A stretch of 64,000 nt of DNA from a bacterium (GCA_018675685.1 JABGXP010000002.1:14367-78366); one strand, 5' to 3'; shown: positions 28,840 to 38,777, numbered from the stretch's first letter. Notes: generated by a model not told the origin, from the sequence alone. Numbers and translations are program-made.

Positions 28840-30045
28840 ATGAAAGGTGTGGAAATTAAGTATGCAGATGTTTGTATAGGAGCTCTTTTTGGAGCATATC
28901 GACAACTTCTCCAAATGACTTTTGGTGAGGCCTTATCTGAAACAAGGTATGGTAAAGGTGACACAAAAGGTTTCGACGCCAGCGTTGAAAGTGGAATAAA
29001 GAAGTGTTTGGGAGACTTCAATGGTGAAGAGATTGTTCTTATTACAGAAGAGACTGACGATGTAACTTCACGTGTTTGGCCAATCGATCCCAACCCGAAA
29101 CAGCAGCCAAAAATGTTTTTCTCTGATCCGGTTGATCGCTCTAAATATTTGGAGCAGATCATTAATCTCATGGCCAAAAAACTTTTTCCGGATGATGACT
29201 CTGGTGAAAATGCTAAAAAGAGAAGCAATATTAAGGTTGCTGAACTATTGATGCATGAGGACATCGTCAAACTCTGGGATAAGGAGGTTGATGCACCAGC
29301 TTCTATTACAGGAGCTACTGCAGCCATCACTTATGTTAATAGGGGAAGGGTAATTTTTTCCGTCATTCTCAACTTCATCACAAGAGACATTTATGTCGCA
29401 TGTGATATCGGAATTAAGAGTGTGAGGATTGATAAGGATTTTAAAAACATCCCCACAAAAGATCCCTTGGAATATATCATGCGAGAGGGAAGGGAAATCG
29501 TTTTCCCATCTGCCATGGAGCGATCCTTAGTTGATGATGATCTGAATAACTTTGTGACATTTCTTGGAAAAGATATGTACAAAGAGATTTTCGTAGAAAG
29601 TGGGATTGTCCCTGGTGATTATAAGAAATTCATTCACCATGATCGACCAGGCGGCCCATCCAGAGTTTTATATCTTTCCGATTTGCAGCCAAAGGAGGCT
29701 CCTGTTGGCTTCATTCTCGCTAATGGTGAAAAAATCGGGGAATGGATGCACTGGTTGCCTTTTGTGAAATTCGCAAGAAATTTCAGTGGAAACCCCGCTT
29801 TGAGGCTCTACGAAGTTTCTTTGAAGAAAGCATTGTTCAAAAATGATATCCTGGTTTCAACACCCCCTGCATACAGCATTTTTAACTGCAGGGACGAAAA
29901 GAAATACATCGACGTGAGTATCATGAAAAATCACGCTCAACCAAGTCGTTTTCGCTCAATGCTCGTTATCGCTTCAAGTGACAACGAAAGAATCGGTCCA
30001 CTGATGGACAGGTTTGAGTATCGTGATGTTGGAATGTGTCTCTAA
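28840..30045 (+). CDS. hypothetical protein, probable divergent FIG (FBPase/IMPase/GlpX) superfamily
   Basis: SD AAAGGAG before ATG 28840; motifs DTKGFD, LITEE and SDPVDRS in the order of IMPase VTxxD, xEE and DPxDGT. Confidence 0.6.
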   Translation: MKGVEIKYADVCIGALFGAYRQLLQMTFGEALSETRYGKGDTKGFDASVESGIKKCLGDFNGEEIVLITEETDDVTSRVWPIDPNPKQQPKMFFSDPVDRSKYLEQIINLMAKKLFPDDDSGENAKKRSNIKVAELLMHEDIVKLWDKEVDAPASITGATAAITYVNRGRVIFSVILNFITRDIYVACDIGIKSVRIDKDFKNIPTKDPLEYIMREGREIVFPSAMERSLVDDDLNNFVTFLGKDMYKEIFVESGIVPGDYKKFIHHDRPGGPSRVLYLSDLQPKEAPVGFILANGEKIGEWMHWLPFVKFARNFSGNPALRLYEVSLKKALFKNDILVSTPPAYSIFNCRDEKKYIDVSIMKNHAQPSRFRSMLVIASSDNERIGPLMDRFEYRDVGMCL

Positions 30046-30072
30046 TCTCCAAAGGAGACGATTTAGAAAAAT

Positions 30073-30109
30073 AAGCGAGCAAGTGCCAAATGGCATTTGC
30101 TCGCTTTTC
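30073..30109 (+). terminator. intrinsic terminator
   Basis: aagcgagcaagtgcca-aa-tggcatttgctcgcttttc. Confidence 0.75.
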
Positions 30110-30242
30110 TGTTTGGATATTTCTCGATTTACCCCATTATATCAAGTCTAACATTTTTTGATGATTTTAGAAATATTGTAATATTCTCTTAAAATTGTAA
30201 TATTAAGGTGTGAGAGTTGTTAAATTCTAAAAGCAAAAAAGT

Positions 30243-30431
30243 ATGAGAAATTATTCAAAAGTTGGAGGGAAAAAAGGAAAACCAGGATATCGAACCCCAA
30301 GATCTTTTTTGAACAAATTCATCAAAATTACGAAGAATGCTTCAAGAGGGGATTTGTATCAAAAAGTTAGAAGATATTTTATAATAAAATCAAAAGATGA
30401 TATCAAGGTGAACAGAAAAGAAAAGAAATAA
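30243..30431 (+). CDS. small basic hypothetical protein
   Basis: 62-aa Lys/Arg-rich ORF filling an intergenic gap. Confidence 0.35.
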   Translation: MRNYSKVGGKKGKPGYRTPRSFLNKFIKITKNASRGDLYQKVRRYFIIKSKDDIKVNRKEKK

Positions 30432-30448
30432 AGTGTTATTCAAAACAA

Positions 30449-31567
30449 CTATTCTTTCTTTGTCTGTTCCCACCAAGTTGAAAATATCTGAGTCTCATCG
30501 TTGAGGTTAACCTTCTCGCCAATCATTGGTGTCACGAGCGGAATCTTAGCTTCCTTGTTTAGTTCAGTGATTTTTTGTAGTGATTCATTCCAAGGATGGA
30601 GTGCTAGGACAAATTTTGAATTGTGCACTGGAAGTAAGCGCTTTGCTCCGAGATCTTTTGCTGCTTGCAGCGTTTGATTTGGCATCATATGAGTATATTT
30701 CCAGCCTTCATTGTATTGTCCATTCTCCAAAATAGCTAAATCAAAACCATCGAAGGATTTACCAATTTTAGCAAAGTGATTATCATATCCACTGTCGCCA
30801 CTGATGAAAATTCTAATATTCGGTGTCTCTAGGACAAAGGATGCCCAGAGTGATTTATTTCTCACAAAACTTCTACCTGAAAAATGTCGTGCAGGCATTA
30901 CATGTGTGACAAAACCATCATCAAGTTCAATCTTTTCATACCAATCTTTTTCTATGATGACGTTTTCATCATAGCCCCAATGTTCAAAATACTCGCCAAC
31001 GCCAAGACCACAAATTACTTGTTTCACTTTTGGTTTTAACTTCAAGATAGTTTCATAATCAAGATGATCCCAATGATCATGGGAGATGAAAAGATAGTCA
31101 ATCTCAGGAAGATCATCCACGCTATAAGGATCAGTCCCCGCAAAGGCTTTTGTGGTGAACCAAACAGGGGAGGCTCTGCCACTTAAAACGGGATCAACCA
31201 GGATTTTTTTCCCGGCAATTTGCATGAAAAAAGATGAATGTCCAAACCATATCAACACATCTTCATCATCCTTAAGCTTTAATAGGTCGGTTTTCTTAGT
31301 GGGGATCGATCCACTTGGTTTATTGTCAGCAAGGATGAATTTTTTGATGATGGAGAAGTGACTACCACTCCGCTGGATCATGGGGGTTTCATTGATGTTT
31401 TGAAATTCTCCATCTTTATAATTAGCTGATTTTTGAATTCTTTCCAAGCGCTCACCTTTCGGTTCTTTACCAAACTTCGGTTGTCGGAGGAAAAAGAAAA
31501 GGGTGGTGCCAAAAATTACAACTAGGGCTAGTATTATTAACATGGTTCTTTTTATTATTTTTTGCAT
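30449..31567 (-). CDS. MBL-fold metallo-hydrolase (RomA/NAPE-PLD-like)
   Basis: WFGHSS, ISHDHWDHLD, PARHFSGR, SGDSGY, LENGQYN; N-terminal TM. Confidence 0.9.
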   Translation of the reverse strand: MQKIIKRTMLIILALVVIFGTTLFFFLRQPKFGKEPKGERLERIQKSANYKDGEFQNINETPMIQRSGSHFSIIKKFILADNKPSGSIPTKKTDLLKLKDDEDVLIWFGHSSFFMQIAGKKILVDPVLSGRASPVWFTTKAFAGTDPYSVDDLPEIDYLFISHDHWDHLDYETILKLKPKVKQVICGLGVGEYFEHWGYDENVIIEKDWYEKIELDDGFVTHVMPARHFSGRSFVRNKSLWASFVLETPNIRIFISGDSGYDNHFAKIGKSFDGFDLAILENGQYNEGWKYTHMMPNQTLQAAKDLGAKRLLPVHNSKFVLALHPWNESLQKITELNKEAKIPLVTPMIGEKVNLNDETQIFSTWWEQTKKE

Positions 31568-31732
31568 TGAATATTTTTTTGTTCCTTACATATATCCTTA
31601 CATGTGTAATGATATCACAAAAGGTTCTAAAGAGATAAAGATAAGACAGATTTTTGGTAGTTTAAAAGCCCTTAACGAAAATTCGCCAAGAGCTTTCAAA
31701 TAACTGATTGTTTTTAACGAACAGTTTACTTT

Positions 31733-32191
31733 CTAACTTTCAAAAAGAAGCATAGCATCTCTGATAACAGATTTTGAGAATTTTGGATCTTTGACATTGA
31801 TGATCTCTAAAAACTTCTCATCCTCTCTCCAGCCGAAAGGAAATAACACAATGTCTAACTGATGACCTTTGAATGCCGCAACAATCTCCTGAAACAATGG
31901 ATCATCAATTCCAAGAATTTTCATTACTGATTCAAGTCGAACTTCCGCTGGAGAATGATAGGACCAGAAATAATCCATTTGATCATATGGTTTTCCGTTA
32001 AGGAAATCCACCCCGGAATTGTGACAGGACCTTTGGTATTCTTCGAATATCGCATCTTCAACTTCGAAAAGAATATCAACATCTTTTCCTGTGCCTTTCC
32101 GTGCCATACTTCCGAAAAGATAGACACTGACTTTGCCAGTAAAGTTTTTGATAAACAGTTGGCATCCTTCTTTGCAATCTTTAGTGTACAT
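31733..32191 (-). CDS. minimal nucleotidyltransferase (Pol beta superfamily)
   Basis: VYLFGSMAR...DVDIL...LDIV; start set to ATG 32191, preceded by SD AAAGGAGGGGG. Confidence 0.75.
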   Translation of the reverse strand: MYTKDCKEGCQLFIKNFTGKVSVYLFGSMARKGTGKDVDILFEVEDAIFEEYQRSCHNSGVDFLNGKPYDQMDYFWSYHSPAEVRLESVMKILGIDDPLFQEIVAAFKGHQLDIVLFPFGWREDEKFLEIINVKDPKFSKSVIRDAMLLFES

Positions 32192-32438
32192 TAAACCCCC
32201 TCCTTTTTCGTTGTTTGCTGACTCTTTCTCTCTCTTTTTGCCAAAAAATTGACTCTGCATAATAACACACAAAAAACAACCTTGCAAGAGAGAGCTGTCT
32301 TAGCTGAGCGCCTAAAAGAACCTAATATTGTTGCCATCATCTTATTAATGTTTTATAATTACATGTTATCAGATGGCTTGATAATATTTTTGTCCCTTAG
32401 AGAACCTAATTTTACTTTAAAGCAGGGAGGGCTAACTC

Positions 32439-32624
32439 GTGAAAAAGAAAAGTAGAAAGAAAAAGATGACAAATACAGCAAGTAGAAAACCTCTTGGCTA
32501 CAAAATAGTCAGCATAGCAATTCTTGTTTCACTTTTCCTTTCAGTGTGCATTGCAGTTGGGGGAGTCATTTATTGCACCAAGCCCTGGGATTGGCCAATT
32601 TGGCACACAATCGGAATCAAATAA
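32439..32624 (+). CDS. small membrane protein
   Basis: SD GGGAGGG, basic N-terminus, one TM; followed by a terminator. Confidence 0.55.
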   Translation: MKKKSRKKKMTNTASRKPLGYKIVSIAILVSLFLSVCIAVGGVIYCTKPWDWPIWHTIGIK

Positions 32625-32637
32625 TAAAGAAAGTTCA

Positions 32638-32673
32638 AAAACGCCCTATGCACAACATGTGTAGGGCGCTTTG
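32638..32673. terminator. intrinsic terminator
   Basis: aaaacgccctatgca-caaca-tgtgtagggcgcttt. Confidence 0.65.
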
Positions 32674-32717
32674 ATTTTATTTCAAAGAGAGGGAAGAAAA
32701 TGGAGTTTCATTAGCTC

Positions 32718-33518
32718 CTATTTAGCACCCCATTTTTTAAAGTATGGATGAAAAATTCTAAAGCCATCTTCTTTCTTTAATTCAGTACTGATAAGATTTT
32801 CTGATATTTCCTCTTCCATTGCATTCATAGGAGTTTCTCCTTTGTATGCTTTCTCATTAAACCACCACACACCCAAGTCTCTTCTGTAGATTGGGATGTT
32901 GAAAATTTTAGCATATGTAGGAATTTTATATTCCAACATACCCAATTCCTTATTCTCAACAGTCGACCATTTATCAAAAAAGTTTTTGGGGAAAACCTGA
33001 AAAATAAACAGACTGCACAATAACTTGTTCTTGTAATTATATTTATCCTCAATGTGTTTTTGGAATTTAAGGTAGTTCGGTCTCTCCCTGTCTCCCTTTT
33101 TAGTCCAGTTCCATCTTTCTTCTATGTAATTATCTAGAATCCTAGTTCCTGAAATAAAAATCTCACCTTTTTTGATTCCTGGAAGTTGTTTTTTGATATC
33201 TCCAAGAATCAGAGCGTCCCATTGCACAACAGCAACACTGTCCCAGTTTGTAAGTGAGATGCCTTTGTTTTGATACCAATCCAATATCATCAAGTCCCCA
33301 TGAATCCATTTATAATTCCTTGGTTTATCGCAAAGTTCGGAAACATGAAAATCATCCAGATATTTATTTAGCTTAGCTTTGTACTGCTTTGCATCTTTTT
33401 TTATACCACCATACAACCCAAAGATCTTGCTGTTAGGATTATGTTTTTTAATCAATTTGAGATGATTCAAACAGACTTCTGGCTCTTTGTAGAACCAGAA
33501 TAAAATTGCTAGTTTCAT
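32718..33518 (-). CDS. hypothetical protein, possibly GT-A-fold glycosyltransferase-like
   Basis: N-terminal beta-alpha start KLAILFWFYK, VAVVQWDALI (xxD-like), C-terminal IFHP. Confidence 0.5.
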   Translation of the reverse strand: MKLAILFWFYKEPEVCLNHLKLIKKHNPNSKIFGLYGGIKKDAKQYKAKLNKYLDDFHVSELCDKPRNYKWIHGDLMILDWYQNKGISLTNWDSVAVVQWDALILGDIKKQLPGIKKGEIFISGTRILDNYIEERWNWTKKGDRERPNYLKFQKHIEDKYNYKNKLLCSLFIFQVFPKNFFDKWSTVENKELGMLEYKIPTYAKIFNIPIYRRDLGVWWFNEKAYKGETPMNAMEEEISENLISTELKKEDGFRIFHPYFKKWGAK

Positions 33519-33660
33519 TAAAGTTAATCTTTTAGTTAAAGTTACTCAGTACCACTAGTTTTTATTCGTAGTGACCTTATTTTACTCTAATTTAAAGCAG
33601 CATGCAAAAAGAATCATTTTTGAAAGAGTCGAGAGATTCTATCTTTATTACCATTTAAAG

Positions 33661-33696
33661 TAGAGCTCTCTATAGAGTCCTCTATAGAGAGCTCTA
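33661..33696. repeat. perfect inverted repeat, 17-bp arms with nested palindromes
   Basis: tagagctctctatagag-tc-ctctatagagagctcta. Confidence 0.85.
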
Positions 33697-33715
33697 AGAT
33701 AGGGAGGTGTTTTAA

Positions 33716-33756
33716 TAAAAAAACAGGATATGAGAAAAATTTCTCATATCCTGTTT
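33716..33756 (-). terminator. terminator of the 80-aa minus-strand ORF
   Basis: aaacaggatatgagaaa-aa-tttctcatatcctgttt with A-tract on the left (U-tract on the minus strand). Confidence 0.7.
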
Positions 33757-33773
33757 AGTTGATCTTAGATAGA

Positions 33774-34016
33774 TCATTGCTTGGTAATGAATCTGGCATC
33801 TTTGTGGTTTAGATCCACTAAGAAGGTGGCAAATTCTTTTTCCACAATCTTGTCTTCCATCAGACATAACTTCTCTGTGCCAAATTCATTTGAATGAACC
33901 ATAGTGGGATAAAAGATCCCATCGAGTAATGAGATGATACGGAACCTCCTTTCATGGCAATCGATTAACGCATCACCAATCTGTGCCGATTTGAATTCTC
34001 TCGGTGTAATAGTCAT
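33774..34016 (-). CDS. small hypothetical protein
   Basis: 80-aa ORF with G-rich SD (AGGGGG) and its own terminator. Confidence 0.55.
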   Translation of the reverse strand: MTITPREFKSAQIGDALIDCHERRFRIISLLDGIFYPTMVHSNEFGTEKLCLMEDKIVEKEFATFLVDLNHKDARFITKQ

Positions 34017-34142
34017 GCTACCCCCTATTTATGTTATTTGAAATATAATCTTTCAAGTATTCTAATAATGATCAGGTCTGTTTTCACATTCATCATTCGA
34101 GGTGGCGATGAACTCTCATTTTGTAAATAAAAAGAAAGCCCG

Positions 34143-34823
34143 TCATAATCTATCAGGAAAATTAGAAAAAATTCCATCAACACCCAGTGCTTTCATTCTA
34201 CCGATATCATCCAAATCATTTACAGTTTCAACATAAACCTTTAGTCCTCGGTTATGGGCGTCATCTATGAATTCTTTGTTGATAAAATCAGCACATAAAT
34301 TAACAGATGATGCATTGATCTTTTCAGCAAATTCAGCAAAACCTATCGGAATACCTGTGAGTAAGGCTCCTATTTTAATGTTTGGACTTAGCCGATTGAA
34401 CTCTCTAAGTTCATAATGATTATATGACGATATTAAGAAATGTTCGTACTTCCAACTCTTCTCTTTTATATAAAGCTCAATCAGTTCATAAACAGGTTTT
34501 GCTGTCCCTGTGGCCTTAAGCTCAATATTGATATTTACTTTTTTGTTCACTAGGTCAAATACTTCTTTCAGTTCAGGAATTTTTTCTTTTTCTCCTGCGT
34601 CTAAAGCTCGTAACTCTTTAAATGTTTTCTCTGCTACGTAGCCTTTCCCATTAGTAGTTCTATTAACCTTATCATCATGGATAACTACTAACTCTCCAGA
34701 TTTACAAATATACACATCCAACTCAATGGCATCAACGTTTAATTCAAGAGCCTTTTTGAAAGACTTGAGGGTATTTTCAGGAGCATAGCCCATCGCTCCT
34801 CTGTGACCAATTTTTGTAACCAT
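34143..34823 (-). CDS. glycerophosphodiester phosphodiesterase (GlpQ/UgpQ family)
   Basis: IGHRGA, PENTL, IELDV, IHDDKVNRTT, NIELK, GVDGIFSNFP. Confidence 0.93.
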   Translation of the reverse strand: MVTKIGHRGAMGYAPENTLKSFKKALELNVDAIELDVYICKSGELVVIHDDKVNRTTNGKGYVAEKTFKELRALDAGEKEKIPELKEVFDLVNKKVNINIELKATGTAKPVYELIELYIKEKSWKYEHFLISSYNHYELREFNRLSPNIKIGALLTGIPIGFAEFAEKINASSVNLCADFINKEFIDDAHNRGLKVYVETVNDLDDIGRMKALGVDGIFSNFPDRL

Positions 34824-35178
34824 GTAATGCTTGTTAATTTAATTGTAAAACATTATAGATATCTGGATGAAAAAATATTCTAGGTTTTTTTGAGTTTTTG
34901 TTTGGTGTAAGTCTTTTTTGTCTCGTTACTGTAATAATAATTCTTTTTTCAAGGAAAGGAAAGTTTTTTTGTTTTATTTTAAATAGGGCAGTGTTTTGAT
35001 CTGAAGTGATTCTCTTTGCTTCACTGATTTCATTAAGAAGGATTATGTTAATTTGAATGAATTCTCTCGCGTCGCTGTCGCTCCTTGTCCAAGGTAGCGC
35101 TGAATGCTCGCCAGCTCGCATGCAGCGGCATTGGCTATGATTATTTTTTGCTAAAAATAGCCCACCTCATGGCTACCC

Positions 35179-35268
35179 GTTGGAATCCCTCCTTCAAGCA
35201 CAAATAAAAATAGCTACAGGCATTATGCCTGTAGCTATTTTTGTGTGCGGAGAGGGAGGGATTCGAAC
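35179..35268. repeat. long imperfect inverted repeat that includes an inverted copy of the tRNA-Ser 3' end
   Basis: Perfect core aaaaatagctacaggcat-t-atgcctgtagctattttt (35206-35242); outer arms gttggaatccctcc and ggagggattcgaac. Confidence 0.8.
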
Positions 35269-35334
35269 CCTCGGGACTCGTAAAAGCCCAACACCTTAGC
35301 AGGGTGCCCCTTTCAACCACTCAGGCACCTCTCC
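35248..35334 (-). tRNA. tRNA-Ser(GCT)
   Basis: Reverse complement GGAGAGGTGCCTGAGTGG...CACC-ctGCTaa-GGTG, long variable arm, GTTCGAATC, CTCTCCG. Confidence 0.95.
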
Positions 35335-35389
35335 TTATATTTTTCTATTCAATTTTCAAGTCTTAACTTTCCCAACTTATCATTTTATT

Positions 35390-36163
35390 CTAACTTTGTC
35401 TAGCAAGCACAACCGCTGAAATTGATTTAGGATTCAGTTTTCGTAACTCTTTTGCACACTCGTTTATAGTGGATCCTGTTGTACAGATATCATCGACTAG
35501 GAGAATTCTTTTAGCTGTAACTTTCTTGTTTGCCGTGGGGTCTATTTGAAAACAACCTTGAATGTTTTTTTGTCTCGCTCCATAATCCTTGATTTTCATT
35601 TGAGGTTTTGTGGAACTCTTTCTTGCGATAACATCTTCCAAAACTTCAATCTCCATGCCTGGCAACAAATCTTTGGCAATAACATTTGCCAATAGGGCTG
35701 ATTGATTGAAGCCACGCCAACGCAATCTTCTATTGTGCAAGGGGATAGGAATGATTACGTCAGGTGTAGGGGAGCTGCCAAGACGGAGCATTGTTTGAAT
35801 CATCAGCGTTCCAAGGGGTTTTGCTAGGTCGGCTACAAAATTATACTTCAAATAGTGAATTGATTTCGAGAGCAAAGGATCCTTGTAATCAGAGACCACA
35901 AAAAGACGGTTGATAGGTGAAGACACTCTTTGTCTACAATGATTGCAGACATCTCCATTAGAGAGAATTGTTTTTTCGCAAACAGGACAAACTTGGAAAG
36001 AGTTCTTTGGAAGCAAGCTAAAACATTTTTTGCAGATGAATTCTCCTTCTTTTCCACAGTTTATACACTTAATCGGAAAAATAATATCAGAGAAGCATGC
36101 TGAAATTCCATTGAGTTTATTTGAGAGCTTTTTTACTAATGAGACTCGCAATAATTTTTCCAT
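35390..36163 (-). CDS. comF: competence protein ComF (zinc ribbon plus PRTase-like domain)
   Basis: CxxC motifs, PIPLH, RGFNQS, LLVDDICTTGST. Confidence 0.9.
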   Translation of the reverse strand: MEKLLRVSLVKKLSNKLNGISACFSDIIFPIKCINCGKEGEFICKKCFSLLPKNSFQVCPVCEKTILSNGDVCNHCRQRVSSPINRLFVVSDYKDPLLSKSIHYLKYNFVADLAKPLGTLMIQTMLRLGSSPTPDVIIPIPLHNRRLRWRGFNQSALLANVIAKDLLPGMEIEVLEDVIARKSSTKPQMKIKDYGARQKNIQGCFQIDPTANKKVTAKRILLVDDICTTGSTINECAKELRKLNPKSISAVVLARQS

Positions 36164-38600
36164 CTTTAGTTGAAATTGAGATTTCGTTGATGTTTTTTCG
36201 AGTGACTATTTTTCGAGCAATCACTGGTTCAAGGTGCTCTTGTATGTGTTTTCTAATTTGCCGAGCTCCTAGTTCAGGGTCACTACTCTTTTTTGCTAGT
36301 AAAGTAATAAGTGATTGATCAAAAGTAAGAGTAATCAAGCGCTCAGCTAGCCTTGCTTGCAGTTGCCCAAGTTCTTTTTTGGTGATTTCCTCAATATTTT
36401 TCTTGGAAAGTGTGTTGAAAGGTAGGACATGATCTAGGCGATTGACTAACTCAGGAGAAAGAATTTCCTGGATTTCTTCGACAATAGAATCAGTTATTTC
36501 CTTATAGGCAGATTTCTTTGGAGCATTCTTTTTATTAAAACCTAGTTCTGAGATTTTATTCAACTCACCAAGTCCAATATTTGAGGTGAGTACAACAATG
36601 GTGTTGCGGAAATTAATACGCCTTCCTTTGGCATCAGAAACTTCTCCTTCCTCAAGGATTTGCAAGAGAACATTTAGAACTGAGGGGTCGGCTTTTTCGA
36701 TTTCATCAAACAAGATCACACTATAGGGATTTCGGCGCACTTTGTCAGAAAATTCACCACCTTCTTCATATCCAACATAGCCAGCTGGTGCACCGAGAAG
36801 CCTTGAAACTGTGTGTTTTTCCATGAATTCACTCATATTGATTTGAATAAGAGCGTCTTTGTTTTTCATCGGAGAAATCGCAGTTGCTAGCACCTTTGCG
36901 CAATGAGTCTTTCCAACACCAGAAGGTCCAACAAACAGGAAAGAGCCTAATGGTCGATTGGGGTTTGAAATTCCACTTACTTGGCGCAAAATGGTATTCG
37001 AAATATGTTTCTTGACATTCGAATGGCCCATTAAGTCGTTTCGCAAAGAACTTTTCACTTTCATTGTTATTGCATTGTTGTCGTGTGAAAGAATTTCTTT
37101 TGGAATGCCAGAAATTTTCGCTAGCGTGTTTTTGACCTCTATTGCTGTTAGAGTTATTCTTTTTTTCTTCTCTTGCTCCTTAAGTTCTTTTTGTAATTTT
37201 TTTAAGATGTTTGAAACTTTATTCTCTTCAGCGCGCATTCTAATCGCATCCTCATAGCGATCCCCGATAACCAAAAGTTCTTTTTCTGATTTAATTCTTT
37301 CTAATTTTTCCTCAACCTTCTTTATTTTGCGATAAATAGAATTGTCAGACGTCTCAGAACGCAAACGAGCAGCTGTTTCATCGATCAAGTCAATCGCACT
37401 ATCAGGTAGATTTCTATCTGTGATATATCTCTTAGCTAATGTCGCAGCTGCCATATTAGCATCAGCTGAGATTGAAACATTGTGAAATTTTTCATAGGAT
37501 TCTTTGATCCCAGTGAGAATTTCCTTTGTTTCTTTAACAGTAGGTTCCTTGACAAGAATTGGCTGCAATCTTCTTTCTAGTGCCGCATCTTTTTCGATGT
37601 ACTTGCGATACTCATCAATTGTTGTTGCTCCTATTAATTGGATTTCACCTCGTGACAAGATGGGTTTTAAAAGATTTGCCGCATCCATTCCACCAGTTGC
37701 ATTTCCAGCTCCAACTAGATTGTGAATCTCATCAATAAAAAGAATGATATTTGGATCTTTCTTTACTTGCGTTATAATGTCTTTCAGTCTAGCCTCAAAC
37801 TCCCCCCGAAAGGTTGTCCCAGCAACCAAAAGACCCAAATCAAGACTGAGAATTTTTTTGTTACACAAATGATAATCAGTAGTTCCTTTTTGAATTTTTT
37901 TTGCTAAACCTTCGACTATTGCTGTTTTTCCAACGCCAGGGTCGCCAATTAACACAGGATTGTTTTTCATTTTTCGCCCCAAAATATGTGAAATTCTTTC
38001 TAATTCATATTCTCTTCCAATTAGAAAATAATCTTCTTGTGATTTGCTTGTTAAGTCAGTGTAAAAACTTTGATTACCTTGCTGTCCTTTGCGAGTTTGG
38101 GGATTGTTTGGGTGAAAAAAACTTTCAATAATGGAATTCAATTCTCCCAGAAAATCATTTTGTGAAGGATTGCCGCTGAGTGCATTTTCTGATTCCGAGA
38201 AAGAGTTTTTGTCCTTTTTCATTTTTGATGAAACTTTTATTTTTCTAGGAGTGATATTTTCGGAAATTCCTGGAATTTCCAGGATTTCGTTTGCCAAATG
38301 CTCAGTCCCGATGAAAGTGCTTTTTGTAATGAATGCGGACTTAGTAGCTCTGTTGATAATATCTTGCGCTGTTATGGCGTTATTATCCTTCGATAGTTTT
38401 TTGTCTTTGGACTCTTTGAGTTGCGTTAGAATGTTTTTTGTGAGAGTTGTTTCCAAAATTGTTTTTCCAAAACTTCCTTTTTGTTTCAAGAGTACTTGAA
38501 TGAAAGATTTTGCATCAATAGAGCTGAGTTTTTTTGACCCACTGAGCGTCTTTAACGTAGCTATTGCTAGCTGGGCATTTTTCGTAAATCTCTTGCGCAT
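36117..38600 (-). CDS. clpC: ATP-dependent Clp protease ATP-binding subunit (ClpC-like)
   Basis: [17 protein letters not shown]-like coiled coil, [19 protein letters not shown] ClpP-docking loop. Confidence 0.9.
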   Translation of the reverse strand: MRKRFTKNAQLAIATLKTLSGSKKLSSIDAKSFIQVLLKQKGSFGKTILETTLTKNILTQLKESKDKKLSKDNNAITAQDIINRATKSAFITKSTFIGTEHLANEILEIPGISENITPRKIKVSSKMKKDKNSFSESENALSGNPSQNDFLGELNSIIESFFHPNNPQTRKGQQGNQSFYTDLTSKSQEDYFLIGREYELERISHILGRKMKNNPVLIGDPGVGKTAIVEGLAKKIQKGTTDYHLCNKKILSLDLGLLVAGTTFRGEFEARLKDIITQVKKDPNIILFIDEIHNLVGAGNATGGMDAANLLKPILSRGEIQLIGATTIDEYRKYIEKDAALERRLQPILVKEPTVKETKEILTGIKESYEKFHNVSISADANMAAATLAKRYITDRNLPDSAIDLIDETAARLRSETSDNSIYRKIKKVEEKLERIKSEKELLVIGDRYEDAIRMRAEENKVSNILKKLQKELKEQEKKKRITLTAIEVKNTLAKISGIPKEILSHDNNAITMKVKSSLRNDLMGHSNVKKHISNTILRQVSGISNPNRPLGSFLFVGPSGVGKTHCAKVLATAISPMKNKDALIQINMSEFMEKHTVSRLLGAPAGYVGYEEGGEFSDKVRRNPYSVILFDEIEKADPSVLNVLLQILEEGEVSDAKGRRINFRNTIVVLTSNIGLGELNKISELGFNKKNAPKKSAYKEITDSIVEEIQEILSPELVNRLDHVLPFNTLSKKNIEEITKKELGQLQARLAERLITLTFDQSLITLLAKKSSDPELGARQIRKHIQEHLEPVIARKIVTRKNINEISISTKDGKIIASLISKKALK

Positions 38601-38777
38601 TATTCAAACCGTGATATAATTAAATTAACTTTACGTTTACAGAGTAGCATATCACTTTTAGAATTTAAAGTAAATAAAGCTACTGTTTGCGTATTAGGAG
38701 AGCACGCGTTTTTTATGCGGTTTGTTTGTGAGTTTTCAAATAGTTTTTAGTGAAAAATAAAAAGATAAAAATAAAAA

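Noticed and set aside
31583-31603. TCCTTACAT direct repeat upstream of the MBL gene (also ATTGTAATATT twice at 30175-30204)
   Set aside because: Could be regulator boxes, but they are short and AT-rich, so chance occurrence cannot be excluded.
34834-35121. 95-aa minus-strand ORF
   Set aside because: It starts inside the GC-rich repeat tract and continues through low-complexity AT-rich DNA with no recognisable motif.
25109-35247. Integrated genomic island or prophage at tRNA-Ser(GCT)
   Set aside because: The gene content is accessory-like, but there is no integrase, no phage gene and no direct repeat of the tRNA 3' end. The only partial copy is inverted.
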